NCBI GenBank assembly: GCA_017397175.1
Contig: JAFQKA010000001.1
Span: 8,266 to 72,265, forward strand
Length of the DNA: 64,000 bases
Origin: Clostridia bacterium
GTDB taxonomy: Bacteria; Bacillota; Clostridia; Oscillospirales; CAG-272
Direction: 5' to 3'
Each line of letters opens with the position of its first letter. Positions within the stretch are counted from its first letter, which is position 1. Both the position numbers and the translations under genes were made by a program. The notes below the pieces were generated by a model, which saw nothing but the letters and a program-made list of their open reading frames with translations, was not told where the DNA came from and did no database searches. Shown one piece after another: positions 8,573 to 16,886 of the stretch.

Positions 8573-8809
8573 TTAATCTTCTATGTCCGTAAGCTTTGAA
8601 ACGGTGGTGCCGAGAACCTCCGCGATTTTAAACAGGGTTTTCAGCGATGGGCAGAAAAAGCAATTCGGGGCTTCAAGCTGTGAAATATATCCGGAGGATA
8701 AGTCGCAAGCCTCAGCAAGCTCCTCTTGGGTCATTCCCTGAAGCTTTCTGTAATAAGCGATTTTTAAGCCTATTTTTATCAAATTCATTTTATATTGACT
8801 GTCTGTCAT
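8573..8809 (-). CDS. XRE-family helix-turn-helix transcriptional regulator
   Basis: 78 aa with an HTH_3 pattern (IAYYRKLQGMTQEELAEACDLSSGYISQLE). It starts 20 nt downstream of the AI-2E transporter gene on the same strand. Confidence 0.8.
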   Translation of the reverse strand: MTDSQYKMNLIKIGLKIAYYRKLQGMTQEELAEACDLSSGYISQLEAPNCFFCPSLKTLFKIAEVLGTTVSKLTDIED

Positions 8810-8829
8810 TATGTATTCACCAAACTGTT

Positions 8830-10113
8830 TTATTCCTTCGGCTCAATCGTTTTTTTCGGCTTTTCCTTTTTTGCCTTGGGAGGCTTTTTTGCCTTTGGTT
8901 CCTTTTTGGGGCTTTCTTTTTTTGGTGCGGGCGGGGTTTCTTCTTCATCATCCTGAAGATCGGCAAAATCGCAGGCGGGCAGTTTTCCGTCGGCTACCTT
9001 CTTTTCGATCTTTTTTGCCGCGTGTTCCTTGAACAGCTCAAGAATTACCGCAAAGAGAGGAATAAAGAAGATGATTCCTATAATTCCCAGCAGATTGCCG
9101 CCGATAAGCGCGGCAACAAGTGTGTAGAGAGGGGAAAGTCCAACAGCCGTGCCTACCACGCGGGGGTAGATAAGCTGTGTTTCGACAAACTGAACGGCAA
9201 GATAGATGATAAGGCACAAAAGAGCCTTTTCGGGCGCGACCAGCAAAGTCAGGAATACGCTGACAGCGCAGGAAATGAACGCGCCTATGTAGGGAATGAT
9301 GGCGCAGACCGCAGTCAGAACCGCCACAAGGCTTGCATAGGGCATTTTAAAGATCGAAAAGGATATGAATATGAGTACGCCCAGGATCAGCGCCTCGCTG
9401 CACTGTCCGAACAGGAATTTTGAGAATATGTCTGCAAATGAACGGCAGAATCTCAAAATGCCCTTTGCCCACGAGGGCTTCAAATATGCGCCGATCAAGA
9501 GCTTTCCGTGCCTTGCCACGGTTCTTTTTTCAAGAGCCGCGTAGATGGAAATAATTATGGCAAAAAGTGCGGTGGTTACTATATTTATGGTGGAGGAGAA
9601 CACGCTGATGACGTTGACGAAAATAAAGTCCGCGCCTGTTGTCAGCTTGTTTACGATATCCGAGAAGTTGTCCAGAATCGCTTTGAAATTGATCTTGCTT
9701 ACAAGATCCTGTATCCACTGAACGTCAAAATGCTTGAGGCTCAGTTCCTTTATTCTTGCCTCGATCTGGGTGTAAAGCACTTTTACGGAGCTTGTGATCT
9801 CGGGGATAAGCAGTGTCAGTACCAGGGTCAGCACCAGGGCGATGCAAGCCAGGGTGAGAAGGAAGCTGACGATGACGAAAGCCTTTTCCGAGGGCTTTCT
9901 TTTTGCTTTTGCAAACATTCTTTTCAGGATCTTCTGGATCCCGTTCATGGGAACGATGAGAAAAAGCGCGATTATTCCGCCCACGATCACGGGCAGAATA
10001 AGGGTTATAAGTTTACTTGTATAAGATGTGACCGCCGAGAAATTCATGAGCGCGGCGAACAGTACTACGCCCGTTATTGTTACGAGCAGGGCCTTTTTTG
10101 TGTTGATTCCCAT
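8830..10113 (-). CDS. AI-2E (PerM/YdiK-like) family transporter with a Lys/Pro-rich C-terminal tail
   Basis: 427 aa with about 8 hydrophobic segments in an AI-2E-like arrangement. The last ~45 aa are low-complexity (PPAPKKESPKKEPKAKKPPKAKKEKPKK). Confidence 0.75.
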   Translation of the reverse strand: MGINTKKALLVTITGVVLFAALMNFSAVTSYTSKLITLILPVIVGGIIALFLIVPMNGIQKILKRMFAKAKRKPSEKAFVIVSFLLTLACIALVLTLVLTLLIPEITSSVKVLYTQIEARIKELSLKHFDVQWIQDLVSKINFKAILDNFSDIVNKLTTGADFIFVNVISVFSSTINIVTTALFAIIISIYAALEKRTVARHGKLLIGAYLKPSWAKGILRFCRSFADIFSKFLFGQCSEALILGVLIFISFSIFKMPYASLVAVLTAVCAIIPYIGAFISCAVSVFLTLLVAPEKALLCLIIYLAVQFVETQLIYPRVVGTAVGLSPLYTLVAALIGGNLLGIIGIIFFIPLFAVILELFKEHAAKKIEKKVADGKLPACDFADLQDDEEETPPAPKKESPKKEPKAKKPPKAKKEKPKKTIEPKE

Positions 10114-10339
10114 TTTGCAACCTTTCTTTTTTATCGAATAGAGGAAAAACTTTTACACTTTACATTATAAATCTTTTTCAGGGGCGTGTCAAGAAGTGTG
10201 GAAAAAATTCACAAAATCCGATAAATTTCGTATTGATGCCGTGGTAAAATAAAAGAAAAAGGAGGGGTGCTTTCTGCAAAAAAAGGAAAATCTGATACTT
10301 CGCATATGGAAAAGGCGCAAAAGTGACAGAGTTTTTCGA

Positions 10340-10960
10340 ATGAAGCTGTCCCTTTTCGGCGGCGGGGCGGTCAATCTCGCTTACGTCGGCATAAAACTTT
10401 TTGCGGGTGTCGCATCCAATTCTTTTTTTCTCATTTCTCTTTCTGCGTACTATGCCCTGCTGTTTTCCCTGCGATTTTATCTGCTGGGACACATAAGAAA
10501 GAAAAACCCGGGAGATTGTCTTTTGTCCGAGCTGAAACGGGCGAGGAATTGCGGAGTGCTTCTTTTTGTTATGGGACTTGCCCTGTCCGTTATAGTGTTT
10601 TTTGTGGTCTATCTGAATCGCGGATACCGATATCCGGGTATACTTATATATGCGGTGGGCGGGTACACCGTTTATTCGGTGACATCGGCTTTTTTCGAGC
10701 TTTTTCTGCACGGGAAGAACGCTACGCCGGTGGAAGCTACCACGGGTATTGTGAAACTGACGGCAGCGCTCGTCTCCTTTCTTGCTCTTGAAAGTGCCGT
10801 ATTTGAAAGGCTTGGCGGTTCTGTATCGTTCGGTTCCAGACGGATAATTCTTGGAACTACGGGTGGCGGCATTTGCCTGGCGGTGCTTTCAATGTCGGTG
10901 CTCATGATCTCCCGAGCTCACAGAAAATTGCGGCGTTTCAACGAAAAAACGGACGGGTGA
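10340..10960 (+). CDS. Integral membrane protein of unknown function
   Basis: 206 aa with 5-6 hydrophobic helices; I recognise no family. ATG 10340 lacks an SD. A strong SD (GGAGG, 10261-10265) precedes an in-frame CTG at 10274, so the start is uncertain. Confidence 0.6.
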   Translation: MKLSLFGGGAVNLAYVGIKLFAGVASNSFFLISLSAYYALLFSLRFYLLGHIRKKNPGDCLLSELKRARNCGVLLFVMGLALSVIVFFVVYLNRGYRYPGILIYAVGGYTVYSVTSAFFELFLHGKNATPVEATTGIVKLTAALVSFLALESAVFERLGGSVSFGSRRIILGTTGGGICLAVLSMSVLMISRAHRKLRRFNEKTDG

Positions 10961-11039
10961 AACTCCTGCATAAGGTGGTCATTTTGTCGAAAACGAGCTA
11001 ATTGCGATGCACTAATGTCCGAAAAATCAAAAATCCGTC

Positions 11040-11068
11040 TTGAAAAAGAAAAAAGAATGTGATATAAT
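11040..11068 (+). promoter_or_regulatory. Near-consensus sigma-A promoter driving the orphan RNA
   Basis: TTGAAA (11040-11045), a 17-nt spacer, then TATAAT (11063-11068) with an extended -10 TG (TGaTATAAT). Confidence 0.7.
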
Positions 11069-11072
11069 ACGT

Positions 11073-11286
11073 ATGTCACATCATCTTAATAACACAGATA
11101 ACCTACAAAGGGGGTACTATACCCTTTTTTCAGCCATACTATATTTCGGTAGAAATACGGTATCGCAATAATCGGCTGAAAAGTAGGTTATAGATGGTGT
11201 GACAACTACGCGAGAGGTATTCTACGGTGTCACCTCGCAAGGGGTGGCACCTTATTGTAAAACGGACGGGTGAACCGTCCGTTTTG
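11073..11286 (+). ncRNA. Orphan structured small RNA (~210 nt), family not recognised
   Basis: Nested perfect helices are present:
- P1: 11074-85 / 11193-204 (12 bp).
- P2: 11098-106 / 11183-91 (9 bp).
- P3 hairpin: 11110-26.
- P4: 11127-35 / 11174-82.
- P5 hairpin: 11136-63.
- An 11-bp hairpin with a GCAA tetraloop: 11226-51.
- Terminator stem: 11262-69 / 11275-82, followed by a U-run.
There is no SD-led ORF and no downstream same-strand gene. Confidence 0.6.
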
Positions 11287-12954
11287 TTATTTGAGATTGT
11301 CTCCGTAGCGTTTGATCTTTTGAGTTGTGGTTCTCTCGAGAGGCGAGGTGAGGATATCGAATTTCTGAATCTTCTTATATGCGGGGACGGCGTCGTTTAC
11401 CGCGTTTACCGCGTCGGTGACAGCCGCCTTGATCTCCTCGGGGGCGGGTGTGTGTCCCAGCTTTTCGGCAAGGTAGGCTTCGGAGGGGTATATCTTGGCT
11501 CTTACGCAGGGGTCGCCGTGGCGATCCTTGCCCTCCAGCACCAGACATTCGGCTATTGCCTCGTTTTCTCCGAGCCTGTCCTCGATCTCCTCGGGGAAAA
11601 TGTTCTTGCCGTTTGCGGTGACGATGACGTTTTTGATCCTGCCCTTGATATGAACTCCGCCGTTTTCGTCGATGAAGCCCAGGTCTCCCGTGTGGAACCA
11701 GCGGTTTTTGATCACCGCCGCCGTAGCTTCCTCGTCGCGGTAGTAGCCGAGCATTACGTTGTCACCCGAGGCTATTATCTCGCCCACTCCGTTCTCGTCG
11801 GGATTGGCGATTCGCAGAGTTACGCCGGGAATTGCACAGCCTGCGGTCTCCGGATCGTAGAAGAAATCGTTGTTTGCGGAAAGAATGGGAGATGTCTCGG
11901 TGAGTCCGTAGCCCTGTATAGTTTTAATACCAAGGGCGTTGAAATCCTCGATGAGTGCAGGGTCGATCGCCGCCGCACCGACCACCATCATTCGCAATTT
12001 TCCGCCAAGGCTCTTTTTGACGTTTGAGCAAATGACCTTTCTTACAAAGAAGGGCAGAGTGCCGAGCGCCTCGGCCAGAGACAGCTCGTCAAAGGCCTTT
12101 TTGTATTTCTGCGGACATTCCTTTGCGATAGCCATGCGAAGTCGTTTGCTGAGCACCTTGAGAAGTGCGGGGACGACCACAAGCACCGTGTTGTTGTATT
12201 CTTTGAGATTGGTTGCAATGCGGTTAAGACCGTCGCAATAGGAAATACAAGCCCCTCTCGCCAGAACGCAGAGCATATCTATGGTCGCGGCATAGGTGTG
12301 GTGCAAGGGCAGGATCGAGAGCACCTTATCCGTGGTGTAGACCCGAATGACCCTCAGGATCTGATGGACGTTTGAACATACGTTGAACTGAGACAGGCAA
12401 ACTCCCTTTGAAGAGCCCGTGGTGCCCGAGGTAAAGATGAGGATCCTCATCTGATCGGGGGGATAAGTGTAGGAATTTATCCTTTGAAGATCCCGAGGGG
12501 TGTATTTTATGGGACGATCGGGAATTTCGGAAAGGTCGTACACACAGTCGAAACGGCGAACTCCCTCAAGCTTGCCCTGAACCTTTTTGTCAGCGCAAAT
12601 AGCAGTGCAATCCGCCGCATCGCAGAAATCGGCGATATCGCGGCCGGACAGCTCCTTATCTATTGGAACGACCACGCCGACGGTAGCCGCCGCCAGGTAG
12701 GCGATCGCCCACCCTCCGCTGTTTTCGCCGCTGACGGCGATGCGCTTGCCCTCAAGTCCGTGACGGATAAAGGACGCGCACAGGGATATATATATTTCAT
12801 ACAACTCCTTGTAGGAGATATATCTGTATTTTCCCGCAGAGACCTTCAGCTGAAGCGCCGCTTTGTCACCTGCTTTCTCGACTGAGTAGGCCAGAAGATC
12901 CCTGAAGCAGTCAAATCGGGGTACGTTATAGTAAGAGGTCGTTTGTGTTTTCAT
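11287..12954 (-). CDS. AMP-dependent acyl-CoA synthetase/ligase (long-chain fatty acid-CoA ligase-like)
   Basis: 555 aa. The AMP-binding motifs TSGTTGSSKGV, QGYGLTE and WFHTGDLG are present. Confidence 0.85.
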   Translation of the reverse strand: MKTQTTSYYNVPRFDCFRDLLAYSVEKAGDKAALQLKVSAGKYRYISYKELYEIYISLCASFIRHGLEGKRIAVSGENSGGWAIAYLAAATVGVVVPIDKELSGRDIADFCDAADCTAICADKKVQGKLEGVRRFDCVYDLSEIPDRPIKYTPRDLQRINSYTYPPDQMRILIFTSGTTGSSKGVCLSQFNVCSNVHQILRVIRVYTTDKVLSILPLHHTYAATIDMLCVLARGACISYCDGLNRIATNLKEYNNTVLVVVPALLKVLSKRLRMAIAKECPQKYKKAFDELSLAEALGTLPFFVRKVICSNVKKSLGGKLRMMVVGAAAIDPALIEDFNALGIKTIQGYGLTETSPILSANNDFFYDPETAGCAIPGVTLRIANPDENGVGEIIASGDNVMLGYYRDEEATAAVIKNRWFHTGDLGFIDENGGVHIKGRIKNVIVTANGKNIFPEEIEDRLGENEAIAECLVLEGKDRHGDPCVRAKIYPSEAYLAEKLGHTPAPEEIKAAVTDAVNAVNDAVPAYKKIQKFDILTSPLERTTTQKIKRYGDNLK

Positions 12955-13050
12955 TTGTGACCGTTCCTTTCATTGGTTTGAATTGTGGCATCCGTCGGGT
13001 GCGGAGCTGCCGTGCAAGGTCGGAGCAATTTTGCTCACGTTACCTATGTA

Positions 13051-13083
13051 ATTATAACGCAAACTTGTTGAAATGTCAACAAG
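13051..13083 (-). promoter_or_regulatory. Consensus sigma-A promoter of the acyl-CoA synthetase gene, with an overlapping 8-4-8 palindrome (candidate operator)
   Basis: The minus strand reads TTGACA (13079-13074), 17 nt, TATAAT (13056-13051). A perfect inverted repeat CTTGTTGA-AATG-TCAACAAG (13064-13083) covers the -35. Confidence 0.6.
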
Positions 13084-13150
13084 AAGCTGTTTGCCGAAGA
13101 AAATATTTACCATATTTTAACTTTTGGCACAAAAAATGAAAACAAGACGA

Positions 13151-13654
13151 TCAGAAGCTGCTGATTGGCAGATCCTCGTTGTCTTCTCCCTTTTCGACCG
13201 ATTTTACAACGACGACAAATGAGCGGTCGGGAGTGACCTGAACCGTCACGCGATCCCCTGCCTGTTTGCCCAGCAGGGCTTTTCCCAAGGGGGATTCACG
13301 GCTTATAAAGCCCTTTGTGGCGTCCTGGCGGAGGGTCGTGACGATCTGGATCTTTTTCGTCTGACCGTTCATTTCGTAGAAAAGCTCGACGTAGTCAAAA
13401 AGTCCGATCTTGCCCTCGTCACCGCCTACCTCGACCACCTTGGCGGTGGCTATCATGTTTTTCAGATAGCGTATGCGGCTCTCGTTGCGGTTTTTCTCCC
13501 GCTTTGCTTCCTTATATTCGGCGTTTTCGCTGAGATCTCCATACTCGCGCGTGCGCTTGACCTCCGCCAACAGCTTGGGGCGCAGTTCTTTTGCGCGGTA
13601 GTCTATCTCCTCTTGCATTTTCTTTATGTCTACTGCCGTAAGCTCGTTATGCAT
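13151..13654 (-). CDS. greA: Transcription elongation factor GreA
   Basis: 167 aa. The coiled-coil N-terminal domain carries GDLSENAEYKEAK, followed by a GreA/B C-terminal domain. Confidence 0.9.
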   Translation of the reverse strand: MHNELTAVDIKKMQEEIDYRAKELRPKLLAEVKRTREYGDLSENAEYKEAKREKNRNESRIRYLKNMIATAKVVEVGGDEGKIGLFDYVELFYEMNGQTKKIQIVTTLRQDATKGFISRESPLGKALLGKQAGDRVTVQVTPDRSFVVVVKSVEKGEDNEDLPISSF

Positions 13655-13706
13655 AGCTTGATTCCTTTCATATTATGTGTTTTTTCTTCAAAAAAATTCG
13701 CTTTTG

Positions 13707-13738
13707 AAAAAAACAGCGGCGGTATGCCGCTGTTTTTT
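13707..13738 (-). terminator. Intrinsic terminator after the DUF4340-like gene (end of ABC operon 1)
   Basis: Stem ACAGCGGC (13713-20) / GCCGCTGT (13726-33), flanked by an A-run and a T-run. Confidence 0.8.
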
Positions 13739-13746
13739 GATTTATA

Positions 13747-13768
13747 GGCTCCCTCCCGGAGGGAGGCT
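13747..13768. repeat. GC-rich palindrome CTCCCTCCCGGAGGGAG (copy A of a short repeat family)
   Basis: AGGCTCCCTCCCGGAGGGAGGCTTT. The same core recurs at 40905-40926 and 41096-41119, always in intergenic DNA. Confidence 0.7.
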
Positions 13769-13791
13769 TTGGTTGCCATAATGCAATTTAA

Positions 13792-15339
13792 TTACTTACC
13801 TGATGCAAAGATCTCTTCGCCTGCCTGCAAAAGCTTGGCATCGTTTACCAGCTTGTCGGGCATGGTGCGAAGTACGAAAAATTCGCCTACGCCGTTCAGC
13901 GTAACGTAAGAGCGGCGTTCGGAATACTGATAGAATCGGTAGGTCAGTTCTCTCCCCGTTTCGGTAACCACGGTCAGCACAAGCTGTGCCTCGCTGTCGT
14001 CAAGTGCCTTGAAGGTGTCCATTTCCTCGCGGGTAAGACTGCAGTTGCCCTCGTAGGAGGTGACAAGCAGATTCCAGTAATAATTTCGGAACTGAGGGGT
14101 GGAGAGTACCTTGCCTGTTGCGCGGTCGGTAACCACCAGGTCCTGTCCCTCGCCCGTCAGGTCAAAGTCAGCCTTGTAGCTTCCGCTTCTTACGGAGACC
14201 GAATCGACGTAATCTATCTTCATCTGGAACATAGGGGATTCTACCCAATCAAAAAGGGTCCAGTTGATGAAAAACATTACCTCGGAGTCGATCAGATCTA
14301 TCTGGTCAAACAGAGTGGAGGCAACGTAGCAGGAGCCGTCCTCGTTTGGGGGACTGATAACGATGAAGTTTTCGTGTCCCCGGTAGAAGAAGCGCATTGA
14401 ATAGCAGTTGTCCCGGTCGATATTGAACTGCGCCAGCTTTTCGTCGGTGATGCCGAGGGCTACCACCTTCATGTGATCCTCCATCTCGGCGGTGTAAAGT
14501 GCGTTCATAGCCTTTGAGATGGCGGTAGACGAAGGCACAAGTCCTGCGGGATAGATCATTTCGTAGGTTACGGTTTCGTATTCGGTTCCCTCTCGGTCGG
14601 ACTGCTCAACGTAGTCCAGGTGGAAGATCATGTCCTTACCCTTCATGAGAACCAGGTCATGGACCATGAAATAGTCGTTTTGGTTCATGGGGGTGATGAC
14701 CATGGGGAACACGATAGACTCAACGGTGGAAAGGAGAGTAGTCTCTACGGATTTGTCGACCACGTAGACCGAATCAGGTCGGCCAAGGTACTTAAAATAG
14801 TATCCGTTGCCCGTGGGGATAGGGTGACCGATAAGACATTCGTAAATTCTGTATTCATAGTCGCCGCCGTCGGTTTTATGACGGGTCTTCATGGTGAATT
14901 TTGCGGGCTTGTAGAGTGTTCCGTCCTCAAGTGTTTGCTCCTCGAAGCCGTAGTCCTCGCCCTCGACCACGTTTACACGGGTGATTGCAAGAGGATAAGT
15001 GCAGCTTGACATAAGTGAGGTAATATTTTCCTCGTGGACTGCAATTCCCTCAAAGCCTGCTATCTGTGGCTGCCAATCCTCGTCTCTTGTCATTTCGTAG
15101 CTTCCGTGCTCGTTTTCCACCTTGATTGAAACGACGTCCTTGTTTTCAAGTCCGTCGTAGACCACGACCTTGGTGGCCGCCATTCCAAGACCCTCGCCGT
15201 CCTCGGGAACTACCGTTTCGAGTCCGCCCGTTTCCACAGGCTCAATGGCGGTAAAGGGCTTGATGACCGCAAAATATGCGATCATCATTACAAAGGAAAC
15301 GGCGAACATGACGATGGTAGCAATTAGCTGTTTTCTCAT
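13792..15339 (-). CDS. DUF4340-like membrane-anchored protein (operon 1)
   Basis: 515 aa with a single N-terminal TM anchor (IATIVMFAVSFVMMIAYFAV) and a large extracytoplasmic domain. It overlaps the upstream GldG-like gene by 4 nt. The family call comes from architecture and context. Confidence 0.55.
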   Translation of the reverse strand: MRKQLIATIVMFAVSFVMMIAYFAVIKPFTAIEPVETGGLETVVPEDGEGLGMAATKVVVYDGLENKDVVSIKVENEHGSYEMTRDEDWQPQIAGFEGIAVHEENITSLMSSCTYPLAITRVNVVEGEDYGFEEQTLEDGTLYKPAKFTMKTRHKTDGGDYEYRIYECLIGHPIPTGNGYYFKYLGRPDSVYVVDKSVETTLLSTVESIVFPMVITPMNQNDYFMVHDLVLMKGKDMIFHLDYVEQSDREGTEYETVTYEMIYPAGLVPSSTAISKAMNALYTAEMEDHMKVVALGITDEKLAQFNIDRDNCYSMRFFYRGHENFIVISPPNEDGSCYVASTLFDQIDLIDSEVMFFINWTLFDWVESPMFQMKIDYVDSVSVRSGSYKADFDLTGEGQDLVVTDRATGKVLSTPQFRNYYWNLLVTSYEGNCSLTREEMDTFKALDDSEAQLVLTVVTETGRELTYRFYQYSERRSYVTLNGVGEFFVLRTMPDKLVNDAKLLQAGEEIFASGK

Positions 15340-16874
15340 GCACGCTTTCTCCTTACGTAGATGATGGCGATGCCCGAGATGAATACTACTGCAGCAGGAA
15401 TGATAGCGAGCATAGCTGTGGTGGTTTTGGCATCCGATGCCGTCAGGCTTTCGATCTGAGTTGTAGCAAAGGGCTTTCTTCCCACGTCAAGATAAACCAC
15501 CTCTTTTTGCATGATCCTCATCATGGAATAGAGGGATTCGCTGTTTCCGTAGACGTTGGAGGTAAGCTGCTGACCTGCGGCAAAATCAATAGAACCGCTG
15601 ACCATAACGTAGGAGTATTCTGTGGTTGTGGAGTTGCCCACCTGTCTGCCCTGTGTGGTGATGGTGAGCAGGGGGATCTTATTGTATTTATCCGCTTTCT
15701 GAACGGTCTGCTGATTTGCCTCGACAAAAGCGTCTGCACTTGTTACGAAGATGTCGTTTATCTGTCTTGTGATGCCGTTTGAGGAGTAGTAGCCGTTCTG
15801 ATCATAGCTGTCGGAATGGCGCAGGGGCATAGCGTCGGGGAAGATGATCTTTGGTGCTGTGCCTGCGTTTGTCAGGTCTTGATTTACCTGTGTTCCAAGG
15901 GTTCCCTCGCCCGTTACGTACTCGGCAACAACGTTGTAGTTTGCATAGTCGATCGAGTGAGAGGGGTCCTTTACGATGCCTGCGCTGAGACGGTTGTTTT
16001 CGTCCGCATATCTTCCGAACTCAACGCCCCACTCGTACATATATTCCTCAAGGTTGGGGAGCACGGGGGTGCTGGGAGAAACGAAGAGCATGAATGCATT
16101 GACACCGTCAAGGAAGGCTTCAAGCTTGTCTATCTCGGAGATGTCAGAGCCTGCGTCCTTCTTTGTGAGAAAGTCGGAGGTGGGGTTGTAGCATACCATC
16201 AGACGGCAATCCTGAGGGATCTCGTCCTTTGACAGGTCGATAAGCTCGTAATCGTAGCCTGCGTTTGTGATAAGTTCAAGCAGGTGGATATCGGTCACAG
16301 CCTCACCGTGGTTGGTAAGCACCGCACAAACGGGAGCCTCCGCACGGGTGACGGCGATGATGGTGGAAGCAAATTTTGCCTCGGCGTTGTAAGCCCATAC
16401 CACGTTCTGGTTGTTGAATGTAAAGAAGGATTCGAGGGCGAGCTGTCTGAACTCGCTTCCGCTTTCGATGATAACGTCGGTGGTCTTGATATTGGTCGTT
16501 GCCGTGGTCTTATATTTGCTGACAGCCGAGCGGTTGTCGATGATATTTACCGTCTCAACCTTTACGTTCTTAAGCTTTTTCTGAAGCTGGAGCGCTGTGT
16601 TGTAAACGAGACGGGAGGTGTTGGTGTCATTGAGCGTATCGGGGTCGGAGCAGAAGAGGATCTTTACTTCCTTGTCGATATCCTTGAGAAGATCGATGCA
16701 CTGATCGGAGACGGTGTAAAGCTCCTCGGGTGTCATGTCAATATACCAACGGAACTTTTCCGCAAATGCGGAGAAGACCACGTTGAAAACGATAACGAGA
16801 GTAATAAACGCCGCTGTAAGTGCTACGGAGATCCCGCCGTAGCGCAGCTTTTTGTTTTGATTGTAGCTTTTCAT
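15336..16874 (-). CDS. GldG-like ABC-transporter auxiliary protein (operon 1)
   Basis: 512 aa. N- and C-terminal TM anchors flank a large external domain, which is the architecture of COG3225/GldG-type proteins. It directly follows the ABC-2 permease. Confidence 0.65.
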   Translation of the reverse strand: MKSYNQNKKLRYGGISVALTAAFITLVIVFNVVFSAFAEKFRWYIDMTPEELYTVSDQCIDLLKDIDKEVKILFCSDPDTLNDTNTSRLVYNTALQLQKKLKNVKVETVNIIDNRSAVSKYKTTATTNIKTTDVIIESGSEFRQLALESFFTFNNQNVVWAYNAEAKFASTIIAVTRAEAPVCAVLTNHGEAVTDIHLLELITNAGYDYELIDLSKDEIPQDCRLMVCYNPTSDFLTKKDAGSDISEIDKLEAFLDGVNAFMLFVSPSTPVLPNLEEYMYEWGVEFGRYADENNRLSAGIVKDPSHSIDYANYNVVAEYVTGEGTLGTQVNQDLTNAGTAPKIIFPDAMPLRHSDSYDQNGYYSSNGITRQINDIFVTSADAFVEANQQTVQKADKYNKIPLLTITTQGRQVGNSTTTEYSYVMVSGSIDFAAGQQLTSNVYGNSESLYSMMRIMQKEVVYLDVGRKPFATTQIESLTASDAKTTTAMLAIIPAAVVFISGIAIIYVRRKRA

Positions 16875-16886
16875 TTTCTGCCTCCT

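Noticed and set aside
11073-11171. A 32-codon ORF (MSHHLNNTDNLQRGYYTLFSAILYFGRNTVSQ) begins almost at the predicted transcription start of the orphan RNA and could be a leaderless small protein.
   Set aside because: It has no SD, and the ATG sits only 4 nt after the -10, closer than usual for a +1. The ORF is threaded through long perfect helices, which explain the sequence constraints better. It remains a minor alternative.
11226-11251. GGGTGGCACC in the 3' hairpin resembles the conserved T-box sequence (GGGUGGNACC).
   Set aside because: There is no downstream same-strand gene to regulate. I found no recognisable Stem I specifier-loop, K-turn or AG-bulge features, and the motif is fully paired in a simple hairpin rather than forming an antiterminator bulge.
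11227-12027. A 266-aa plus-strand ORF starting inside the candidate ncRNA region. It could have made the RNA a 5' leader or riboswitch.
   Set aside because: It is antisense to the AMP-ligase gene, which has clear AMP-binding motifs. It has no SD, runs through the intrinsic terminator at 11262-11285, and its translation is Val/Gly/Asp-rich shadow sequence.
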